64,000 nt of DNA from an uncultured Aquirufa sp. (GCA_964358165.1 CAYHOB010000009.1:22298-86297); one strand, 5' to 3'. Numbered from the stretch's first letter, positions 41,076-49,133 are shown. Made by a program: numbers and translations. Notes: a model not told the origin generated them from the sequence alone.

Positions 41076-42383
41076 ATGGCATCATTTAAGGTAACCGGTG
41101 GCCGCCGGATGAAGGGTGAAATCACTCCTCAAGGAGCAAAAAACGAAGCATTGCAAATTTTGTGTGCCGTGGTATTAACAGCTGAACCTGTTACCATCCA
41201 TAACATACCGAATATTCGTGATGTCAACCAACTCATCGATTTATTGGGTGACATGGGCGTCAGCATGCGTCGTTTATCTGAAACCAGCATTGAATTTGAT
41301 GCCTCACAGGTCAACATAGATTACTTAGAGTCAGATACCTATAAGAAGAAAGCAGCTGCACTTCGTGGTTCGGTCATGTTATTAGGACCCACGTTGGCGC
41401 GCTTTAAAAAAGGGCGTATTCCTTCACCAGGCGGAGACAAAATTGGTCGCCGACGATTAGACACCCACTTTTTCGGCTTCATGAAATTAGGTGCAGAATT
41501 TAATTATAGCGCTGAAGATGGCGGAATTTATGAAGTTGACGCATCCCACTTACATGGAGCCTACATGCTTTTGGATGAGGCATCGGTTACTGGGACAGCG
41601 AACATATTAATGGCAGCCGTCCTTGCGAAAGGCACAACAACTATTTACAATGCCGCTTGCGAACCCTATTTGCAACAATTGTCAAAGATGTTGAACCGCA
41701 TGGGGGCTAAAATCTCGGGCATTGGTTCCAACTTATTGGTTATTGAGGGAGTCGAGGTATTGCACGGAACCGAGCATACAATGCTTCCAGATATGATTGA
41801 GATCGGTTCATTCATCGGAATGGCGGTCATGACGCAGTCGGAGATTACGATTAAAAACTGCCAAATTCCTGAACTTGGGATCATTCCTGACGTATTCAAG
41901 AAATTAGGAATCAAAATGGAATTTCGTGGTGATGATATTTTCATCCCATCTCAAGAACATTATGAGTTGGAAAACTTCATCGATGGATCGATGTTGACCA
42001 TCTCCGATCACCCATGGCCTGGCTTCACGCCCGACTTGCTTTCCATCATTTTGGTAACAGCCATCCAAGCGAAAGGCACGGTTTTGATACATCAAAAAAT
42101 GTTTGAATCCCGTTTGTTCTTCGTGGATCGTTTGATCGAAATGGGGGCCCAAATCATTCTTTGCGATCCACACCGCGCTACGGTCGTGGGTTTTGACCGC
42201 AAACAAACCTTGAAAGGCATTCGCATGTCATCTCCGGATATTCGTGCGGGCGTTTCCTTGTTGATCGCGGCCATGTCGGCGAATGGCACCTCCATCATTG
42301 ACAACATCGAGCAAATTGACCGGGGTTACCAAAACATCGATACGCGTTTAAATGCGATCGGCGCGGAAATCGTTCGTATTTAA
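41076..42383 (+). CDS. murA: UDP-N-acetylglucosamine 1-carboxyvinyltransferase
   Basis: GAKNEAL, PGGDKIGRR (Asp at the catalytic Cys position), PWPGFTPD, DIRAG, IDRGY. Confidence 0.96.
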   Translation: MASFKVTGGRRMKGEITPQGAKNEALQILCAVVLTAEPVTIHNIPNIRDVNQLIDLLGDMGVSMRRLSETSIEFDASQVNIDYLESDTYKKKAAALRGSVMLLGPTLARFKKGRIPSPGGDKIGRRRLDTHFFGFMKLGAEFNYSAEDGGIYEVDASHLHGAYMLLDEASVTGTANILMAAVLAKGTTTIYNAACEPYLQQLSKMLNRMGAKISGIGSNLLVIEGVEVLHGTEHTMLPDMIEIGSFIGMAVMTQSEITIKNCQIPELGIIPDVFKKLGIKMEFRGDDIFIPSQEHYELENFIDGSMLTISDHPWPGFTPDLLSIILVTAIQAKGTVLIHQKMFESRLFFVDRLIEMGAQIILCDPHRATVVGFDRKQTLKGIRMSSPDIRAGVSLLIAAMSANGTSIIDNIEQIDRGYQNIDTRLNAIGAEIVRI

Positions 42384-42384
42384 C

Positions 42385-43743
42385 ATGTCATTATTTCCTA
42401 AAATTAGACAGACCGTCCAATTGGCCTTACCGATCGTAGTGGGCGAATTGGGCGTCATGTTAATGGGCCTAGCCGACACGATTCAGGTAGGCCAAATGTC
42501 ATCTGGTGCCGCAGAAAGTTTAGGCGCATCCGGTATGGCTGGAGCGATCTTTTTCACGGTGGCCGTTGTGGGAATCATCTGCCTACAAATCGTTTCCCCC
42601 ATGATTTCCAAGGCAGTTGCCGAAAGCGATGAAACGGAATGTGGTAATTTATTACGGGCCAATTTGCGCGTCGCGACTTTATTGGGTATCATTACGATTC
42701 TTATCACAGGAATTGTGGGTTGGAACTATGACCTGTTTGGTCAGACGGAGGCCAATAAAGCATTGACCCTCCCCTTTTTAGGTTTAATTTCATTATCTGT
42801 ATTACCGATATTTTGGTTTATTGCCATGAAGAGTTTTATGGATGGACTCCAACGAACGACCGTTGGGATGACCATAACCATCGTCGCTTTAGCCATGAAT
42901 GTTTTTGGCAATCATCTATTAATCAATGGCTTGTGGGGATTACCAGCATTGGGTTTATTTGGATCAGGAATTTCCACACTAATTTCTCGCTTATTTATGG
43001 CTGCCGTATTAGCCATTTATGTATTTACCCGGGATGAATTCAAACCTTATTTGCGTAAAGGACATATTCATGTTCACAAAAATGTATTAGAAAAGAACAT
43101 TCTGCGCATAGGCATACCCTCTGGAATGCAGGGTTTCTTTGAGATTGCAACCTTTGGAATGGCGGTTGTGATGATGGGTTGGATTTCCGTCACAGCACAA
43201 GCGGCACATATCGTAGCCATCAACATGGCTTCCATCACCTACATGATGGCGACGGGCATTGCCGTAGCTGGAGGAATCAACGTGGGAACGGCTATTGGCG
43301 AAAGGAATCGTTGCGAGATCAAACGATCTGGCCATGCGGCACTCATCTTATCCGTGTTATTCATGGGTATTTGTGCCCTTGTCTTTTACTTCGGTCGGGA
43401 ATATTTAGTACGCGGTTATACACAAGACCTCCCTGTGATCGCGATTGCGGTAACCTTAGTGGTTTGGGGAGCAATCTTTCAATTATTTGATGGAATTCAG
43501 GCGGTATCCCTCGGTTTGCTTCGTGGTTTGCAGGATGTCAAAATCCCAACGGCCATTACGGTTTTCTCCTATTGGGGCATGGGCATCCCGATTTCGTATT
43601 ATGTTGGAATCTATTTAGGCGTAGGAGCCGTCGGCATTTGGATGGGATTAACCGCGAGTTTGGTTTGTTCGTCTATTTTACTTTCCTGGCGATTTTATGC
43701 ACGGGCGAAGTCGATCGATTTGGAATCGTTGACAGTGGAGTAG
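42385..43743 (+). CDS. MATE family efflux transporter
   Basis: LALPIV..QVG, GIPSG..EI, QLFDGIQ..GLLRGLQD, GVGAVGIWMG. Confidence 0.93.
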   Translation: MSLFPKIRQTVQLALPIVVGELGVMLMGLADTIQVGQMSSGAAESLGASGMAGAIFFTVAVVGIICLQIVSPMISKAVAESDETECGNLLRANLRVATLLGIITILITGIVGWNYDLFGQTEANKALTLPFLGLISLSVLPIFWFIAMKSFMDGLQRTTVGMTITIVALAMNVFGNHLLINGLWGLPALGLFGSGISTLISRLFMAAVLAIYVFTRDEFKPYLRKGHIHVHKNVLEKNILRIGIPSGMQGFFEIATFGMAVVMMGWISVTAQAAHIVAINMASITYMMATGIAVAGGINVGTAIGERNRCEIKRSGHAALILSVLFMGICALVFYFGREYLVRGYTQDLPVIAIAVTLVVWGAIFQLFDGIQAVSLGLLRGLQDVKIPTAITVFSYWGMGIPISYYVGIYLGVGAVGIWMGLTASLVCSSILLSWRFYARAKSIDLESLTVE

Positions 43744-43804
43744 TAAATACCTACAAAGCCACACTTTGAGTAATATTTTTTCTAATTTCCTAAGTATAAT
43801 AAAT

Positions 43805-44728
43805 TCAATTTGACAATTGTTGGGAATTTATGAAAGCAATTTTCTCATTAATATTTCTGTAGTATTCAGGATAATATTCCTTAAGCCATTTCCCTGAAAG
43901 CTCGGGGTATAATCGTTTATACCCTCCGTGAAAATGAACAAAATCAAAGTTCCTATAACCTGAATCAATTTTACTTTTTTGATAATCAAAATCTAAATTA
44001 AGCGTTGATTTGACCAATTTATTGACACATTTTAATTCAATTCTTGCCGTTTCATAAAAACAATACTGTTCATAAAAACAATTTAAAAATGATTTAGTAG
44101 TACTGTCTACATTTCGAAGAAACGGTATATTTAACTTTAGATTGTTAAAGGAATTTTGAGCATATCGATTGAAAAAATCATAATCATAGCCACCGGTAAT
44201 ACCCAAATTATAATCATTGTACACAAAGTTACTTTGTGCTATTATTCCTTTAAATTCTGGAGACATATTTATCTCGTAATTTAATATTTTATGAATAATC
44301 GTACTGTAACGCTTGAGAATACAATCATCATAATGAAATTCAACGAACAAATCATGTTCTAATTTATGCATATCAAAATGTTTACCTAAAACTACATCAA
44401 CATCGAAATGGACAAAAGGTTCTTTTATCCCAGCATAGGTAAGTAATTTTCCTGTTGACCAAAGATCAGAAGGAAACTCTTCAATCGCATCCATATCAGT
44501 AGAACAGGAATCATAAGGAAATTCAAAAAAATCTATCCATGCTTTTTTACCTTTCTCATCAGTATTTAAATGAACATGAGAAAAAACTTCCTTGAGGCTA
44601 AGCAATGAAAGCGCCCATGTATATATAAATTGGCTCTCATTGAGAAAGCCTCCTTGAGATCTAGCTTCAAATGAATTTGCAGCTGGAAAAGCAAATGGCT
44701 TAGACCAAAAAGATTGAATAACCTTCAT
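43805..44728 (-). CDS. DUF6734-like protein with a DxD motif (GT-A-like candidate)
   Basis: MKVIQSFWSKPF, WALSLLSL, LWSTGKLLTY, PFVHFDVDV, CFYEQY. Family recognised from memory. Confidence 0.65.
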   Translation of the reverse strand: MKVIQSFWSKPFAFPAANSFEARSQGGFLNESQFIYTWALSLLSLKEVFSHVHLNTDEKGKKAWIDFFEFPYDSCSTDMDAIEEFPSDLWSTGKLLTYAGIKEPFVHFDVDVVLGKHFDMHKLEHDLFVEFHYDDCILKRYSTIIHKILNYEINMSPEFKGIIAQSNFVYNDYNLGITGGYDYDFFNRYAQNSFNNLKLNIPFLRNVDSTTKSFLNCFYEQYCFYETARIELKCVNKLVKSTLNLDFDYQKSKIDSGYRNFDFVHFHGGYKRLYPELSGKWLKEYYPEYYRNINEKIAFINSQQLSN

Positions 44729-45255
44729 AAAAGACTTGCCATAAAAAATATGATTAAGAAAAAAAAGCTAATAATAAGTTTTGGCATCAATTTTTGCTTC
44801 AATTCTACACCAAATAAAAAAACAGAAAAAACAATCGAAATAATATCTGCAATTCGACTATATCTATGAAAATTTGTAAGCTCAATTTGGTTTAAAAAAT
44901 TTGGTGAGGTCGCATCTAGATTCGATATTTCATCTATCAAAAAGATCCAAATGAAACCGAATTTAAGTATTTCAGAAGTGATCAGGATAATAAAAAAAAT
45001 ATGAAATGCAGGCATAAACATGTCCAATTTCAAATCATGAATAAATAAGTTTGAACCATACCAAATCACTATTAATATACAATTGATAAACAAGCAATTA
45101 AAAGTTGTTGAAAAAATAATTGAAAAAATAGCAGTTATGCGAGCAACCATTAAGCCTTCATTTGACATGCCCTGGATTAACACTTCTGTTGCTATAATTG
45201 AAAAGATTATTTTCAGAATTAAAAACAGAAAAGCACTAAGTATTAAAGATTTCAT
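44725..45255 (-). CDS. Small multi-pass membrane protein (Yip1-like candidate)
   Basis: About 5 TM segments, 176 aa. ATGA overlap with the downstream gene. Confidence 0.55.
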   Translation of the reverse strand: MKSLILSAFLFLILKIIFSIIATEVLIQGMSNEGLMVARITAIFSIIFSTTFNCLFINCILIVIWYGSNLFIHDLKLDMFMPAFHIFFIILITSEILKFGFIWIFLIDEISNLDATSPNFLNQIELTNFHRYSRIADIISIVFSVFLFGVELKQKLMPKLIISFFFLIIFFMASLL

Positions 45256-45267
45256 AGCGATTGATAA

Positions 45268-45798
45268 TTATAAACTCTTGATAGAATAAGTCTCAATAAT
45301 GGCCGCAAATATCAATAACACAAAAGGGAAAAGAATAGATTTTAGTGAAGGTAAATCTGATACGATTTCTTTGTTTGAAATTGAATTTAAATTTAGGACA
45401 AAATTAAATCCAGATAATCCATACATTCCAAACAAACAAAATGATATTATTTCAAAGGGAACGTGTCCAAATAGCTTAATCAGAAGTTCAAACTCCAAAA
45501 CTTCATGAAGCTGTAATTTTGTAATTACAAATAAGGCCATACCAAATAAGTAACCATTAAAAATTAAAATAAAAACTGTCATTAAACCCGCGGTCGCATA
45601 GCCCATATAACAACAGAGCAAACCAACAGCAATATTCGTTTTGAATAGATAAGAAAACACTTCCCAAAATGACATAGATTTATATACTGAACTAACAGCT
45701 TGATCCGCAATCGGGACAATATATGTTAAATTGCTAGCTAGAAATACACCTGAAATCCAGAAAAACAAACAAGTATAAAACCGGAATATATTACTCAT
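45268..45798 (-). CDS. SpoIIM/DUF95 family membrane protein
   Basis: LFKTNIAV, LIFNGYLFG, GHVPFEI, LLIFAAIIETY match the SpoIIM pattern. Start overlaps the M48 stop by 8 bp. Confidence 0.8.
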   Translation of the reverse strand: MSNIFRFYTCLFFWISGVFLASNLTYIVPIADQAVSSVYKSMSFWEVFSYLFKTNIAVGLLCCYMGYATAGLMTVFILIFNGYLFGMALFVITKLQLHEVLEFELLIKLFGHVPFEIISFCLFGMYGLSGFNFVLNLNSISNKEIVSDLPSLKSILFPFVLLIFAAIIETYSIKSL

Positions 45799-46684
45799 TT
45801 GAAAATGTTTCCTCAATAAAAAGTAATCTTTGTTCGAGTGTAGGATGTGAAATTGACTTGACTTGAAGCTTCCCTCCCGTTATTTCATTTAACTTTTCAA
45901 GGGCTTTCATAATACTATTTTTTCCAACAATCTTGGCAGCAAATTTATCAGCGTCATGCTCCATTATTCTCTGAAAGAACCCCAATATTTCATTAGATAA
46001 CACTAAAAGGAGACCGAATGTGATTCCTTTAACAACCCATCCAATCTTATGTAGAAGAAAAAATGGCAAAATCATATGATTATAAATAATCATTATAATT
46101 ATCTGAATTATGATCATGATGAGCATCAAATAAAATAGATGATGCTTTTTTGTATGTCCTAATTCGTGTGCTATTACAGCTTTTAATTCGTCATTAGTTA
46201 AATTCTTTAGTAAAGGCATACCAATTAAAATAATTTTCGAAAAAGGAAGTATTCCAGTTGCAAATGCGTTGATTAACTCACGATTCACAATTCGAACCTT
46301 AACGGCATAATTCATTTCAACTTGAATAATTTTTTCCATATCCTTATTTTCTTCATATCTACTCGATCGAAATAGAATTACAATTGGATATAAAAGTGGG
46401 CCGAGTCCATAGAAAAAAACGATGAAAAAAATTAAAATTAAAATGCTGTCGGTTTGATTCTTATCCTGATTTTCTAATAATGGATAGAAAGTATAACTTA
46501 AAACAAAAACTATGATACTGAACAAAATAAAATACACGAAGTCAAAGCCACTTTTAAACTGTTTAATTGACTCAAAAAATTTATGATTTTTGCTAAAAAA
46601 TAACTCAGCTGCCAAACTAGCTAATAAGGTAATGACAGGGATTACAGTCGTTACTAATGCGAAAGTCAATCTTTTGTCCATCAT
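45791..46684 (-). CDS. M48 family membrane zinc metallopeptidase
   Basis: NAFATG, ELKAVIAHELGH (HExxH), EHDADKFA, HPTLEQR, several TM segments. Confidence 0.9.
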   Translation of the reverse strand: MMDKRLTFALVTTVIPVITLLASLAAELFFSKNHKFFESIKQFKSGFDFVYFILFSIIVFVLSYTFYPLLENQDKNQTDSILILIFFIVFFYGLGPLLYPIVILFRSSRYEENKDMEKIIQVEMNYAVKVRIVNRELINAFATGILPFSKIILIGMPLLKNLTNDELKAVIAHELGHTKKHHLFYLMLIMIIIQIIIMIIYNHMILPFFLLHKIGWVVKGITFGLLLVLSNEILGFFQRIMEHDADKFAAKIVGKNSIMKALEKLNEITGGKLQVKSISHPTLEQRLLFIEETFSNE

Positions 46685-46698
46685 AATTATGTTTTTAA

Positions 46699-46737
46699 AT
46701 GCTAGAAGATTTGACGAATGATTAAATCTTCTAGCAT
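46699..46737. terminator. 14-bp perfect stem-loop between the peptide gene and the M48 gene
   Basis: ATGCTAGAAGATTT (46699-46712) and AAATCTTCTAGCAT (46724-46737). Only a short U tract on the minus strand. Confidence 0.65.
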
Positions 46738-46746
46738 AATATTAGG

Positions 46747-46989
46747 TTAGAGACCACCAACAAACAATCCAATCCTACCTCCAATAGGACCACCGAAATA
46801 GGTACCAATTGCTAATCCTGCATATGCTCCCACGGCACCGACAATATAACCTTGCGTGTTATTCAAATGATAACGATCCGCGATCACAGCTGCAGCTTTT
46901 GCATTTACTAACGTAACATTATTTTGCTTAACAAGACCCATTATTGAGATTGAAAAGAAAAGTCCAGCAAAAAGATTCCATTTTTTCAT
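46747..46989 (-). CDS. 80-aa Gly/Ala-rich hydrophobic peptide, candidate circular-bacteriocin-like precursor
   Basis: Signal-like N terminus, GxxxG-rich C-terminal half, first gene of the M48/SpoIIM operon. Confidence 0.7.
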   Translation of the reverse strand: MKKWNLFAGLFFSISIMGLVKQNNVTLVNAKAAAVIADRYHLNNTQGYIVGAVGAYAGLAIGTYFGGPIGGRIGLFVGGL

Positions 46990-46999
46990 CTTGAATATA

Positions 47000-47067
47000 T
47001 TTACATTTCATCCCCTACTCTTCATTGGTTTTTCGGGATCCACCAACACTTGAATGTGCGATGTAAA
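47000..47067 (-). ncRNA. Candidate structured 5' leader RNA (three-way junction)
   Basis: Stems TTTACAT/ATGTAAA, GCAC/GTGT and ATCCC/GGGAT, plus a GAA/AGTA internal loop. Ends 10 nt before the peptide ATG. Confidence 0.35.
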
Positions 47068-47103
47068 CCTAGAAATCTCAACGAGGCAAATCAATACCAC
47101 CTA

Positions 47104-47132
47104 GGTAGTAATTTGGTAGTAATTTAGTAGTA
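47104..47132. promoter_or_regulatory. 11-bp-period direct repeats, candidate regulator binding site
   Basis: GGTAGTAATTT GGTAGTAATTT AGTAGTA, between the LuxR gene and the peptide gene. Confidence 0.55.
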
Positions 47133-47162
47133 CATACCCAGCAAATAACAAACAAAATAATT

Positions 47163-47375
47163 TTACTGAGGAGCATTTAGTAAAAACCTCAAAAATGCAA
47201 CCTTGCCTTTGATACCTAATTTTCGCATCACATTTCTGCGGTGACACTTAACAGTAGACTCTTCAATATTCAATTGGAATGCTATCTCTTTATTCGTCAA
47301 GCCTTCTTTGGCTAGATTAATAATTCGATTTTCGCGCATAGAAAATGGCATGAAATTATAGTTCATCGAATTCAT
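47163..47375 (-). CDS. Stand-alone LuxR/NarL-type HTH regulator
   Basis: FSMRENRIINLAKEGLTNKEIAFQLNIEESTVKCHRRNVMRKLG. No REC or ligand-binding domain. Confidence 0.85.
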   Translation of the reverse strand: MNSMNYNFMPFSMRENRIINLAKEGLTNKEIAFQLNIEESTVKCHRRNVMRKLGIKGKVAFLRFLLNAPQ

Positions 47376-47615
47376 AATATTAGTGGTTATAGGTTACAAA
47401 TTATTAACTAGTATACATTTCAATTAGTTAAAATCAGTACAAAGTAAAACCTTATTGAAACGATAATACTCGGATTAATAAATCAATATTACGAATTTGG
47501 CGATTAATGTATTATTCTTTAATCGAATAATGTTCAATTTTTATAAGTCTGAACATCCATGCATGAAAATACTGGATACCACGCAATTATCATTACATTA
47601 ATTTTGGCGAAAAAA

Positions 47616-47672
47616 TAGCCCCAGGTTTTCACCTGGGGCCACAAAACTAGACTCGAAGTATCTTGTCTCTAC
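47616..47672. repeat. REP doublet: TAG-CCCCAGGT hairpin (+) and GTAGAGAC...TACT hairpin (-)
   Basis: 47616-47639 and 47649-47672. Same arrangement as 57481-57530. Confidence 0.7.
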
Positions 47673-47681
47673 AAATCGATA

Positions 47682-49088
47682 TTATGCATGTATCGCTCGC
47701 TTCGACGTCGCCGCCAAACAAGCTTCCTTCATCGCTTCCGTGTACGTCGGATGCGCATGTGACATACGAGCTACATCCTCAGCCGAAGCCCGGTATTCCA
47801 TCGCAACAACCGCTTCCGCAATCATATCCGCAGCACGAGCACCAATGATGTGAACTCCTAAGATCTCATCTGTCGTCGCATCTGCTAAGACCTTCGCCAA
47901 ACCATCCACATCCATCGATGCAATCGCCCGACCCAATGCCTTGAATGGGAATGAACCTTCTTTATAAGCAATTCCGGCCGCTTTTAATTCTTGTTCGGTC
48001 TTGCCTACTGAGGCAACTTCCGGCCAAGTATAAACAACACCTGGAATCAAATTATAATTAATATGTGGCTTTTGGCCCGCAATCACCTCGGCAACCAATG
48101 TTCCTTCTTCCTCCGCTTTGTGTGCAAGCATCGCTCCACGAACAACATCACCAATTGCATATATTCCCGGAACAGAAGTTTGTAAAGTATGCTCATCCAC
48201 CGCGATCCGACCACGCTCATCGGCTGTTAATCCAGCAGCTGCTAAGTTTAATCCGTCGGTATATGGGCGCCGACCGATACATACCAAACAATAATCTCCT
48301 TTAATTTCCACATCTTTACCTGAAGCGTCTTGTGCTTTCACAGTCACTTCCTTGCCTTTTACAGCAGCAGAAGTTACTTTATGCGACAAGTAAAAATCAG
48401 CACTTAATTTGGCAATAGATTTCTGCAATTCCTTGCCCATCGTCTTATCCATCGTTGGGATCATGCTATCCGCAAATTCCACAAAGGAAACTTTCGACCC
48501 CAAGCGAGCATAAACAGATCCTAATTCCGCACCAATTACCCCAGCACCAATCACGATCAAATGCTTCGGAATTTCCTTCATTTTCAAGGCTTCCGTCGAG
48601 GTAATAATACGCTCCTTATCCACCGGAATGAAAGGCAGGATCGTTGGCTTAGAACCTGTCGCAATGACAATGTTCTTACCTGAAATCACTTCTGAAGAAC
48701 CATCCTCTTTGGTAATCTTAACCGTTTTCGCAGAGTCAAACGAGCCCAAACCATGAAAGCTTGTAATCTTGTTTTTCTTCATCAAATAGGCAATACCTGC
48801 ATTCAAATTTGAAACGACACCCGCTTTACGCTTGATCATTTGGTCCAAATTTACTTTTGGTTTTGCAATCTCAATTCCATGTTCTTGGAAACTGTGCACC
48901 GCATTGTGATAATGCTCCGAGGAGTCCAACAAGGCTTTAGAAGGAATACATCCTACATTCAAACAAGTTCCACCCATCACGGCATATTTCTCCACGATAG
49001 CTACTTTGAAACCCAATTGGGCCGAACGGATTGCCGAAACATATCCACCAGGACCCGAACCAATTACGATAACATCAAATTCTTGCAT
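47682..49088 (-). CDS. lpdA: Dihydrolipoyl dehydrogenase (E3)
   Basis: GSGPGGY, GGTCLNVGCIPSK, HAHPT. Confidence 0.97.
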   Translation of the reverse strand: MQEFDVIVIGSGPGGYVSAIRSAQLGFKVAIVEKYAVMGGTCLNVGCIPSKALLDSSEHYHNAVHSFQEHGIEIAKPKVNLDQMIKRKAGVVSNLNAGIAYLMKKNKITSFHGLGSFDSAKTVKITKEDGSSEVISGKNIVIATGSKPTILPFIPVDKERIITSTEALKMKEIPKHLIVIGAGVIGAELGSVYARLGSKVSFVEFADSMIPTMDKTMGKELQKSIAKLSADFYLSHKVTSAAVKGKEVTVKAQDASGKDVEIKGDYCLVCIGRRPYTDGLNLAAAGLTADERGRIAVDEHTLQTSVPGIYAIGDVVRGAMLAHKAEEEGTLVAEVIAGQKPHINYNLIPGVVYTWPEVASVGKTEQELKAAGIAYKEGSFPFKALGRAIASMDVDGLAKVLADATTDEILGVHIIGARAADMIAEAVVAMEYRASAEDVARMSHAHPTYTEAMKEACLAATSKRAIHA

Positions 49089-49103
49089 ATTGCGATTGAA
49101 AAC

Positions 49104-49127
49104 GAATAGGCCCCGCAAGGCCTATTC
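49104..49127. other. Intercistronic hairpin between sucB and lpdA
   Basis: GAATAGGCC-CCGCAA-GGCCTATTC, 9-bp stem. Confidence 0.5.
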
Positions 49128-49133
49128 TGGTAA

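Noticed and set aside
41076-42383. murA with Asp in place of the fosfomycin-target Cys as a novel resistance trait
   Set aside because: PGGDKIG-type MurA is, to my knowledge, common in Bacteroidota.
47000-47067. Canonical hammerhead ribozyme
   Set aside because: The topology fits, but the core is UGGUGG rather than CUGANGA and stem I is short or out of register. Kept only as a candidate structured RNA.
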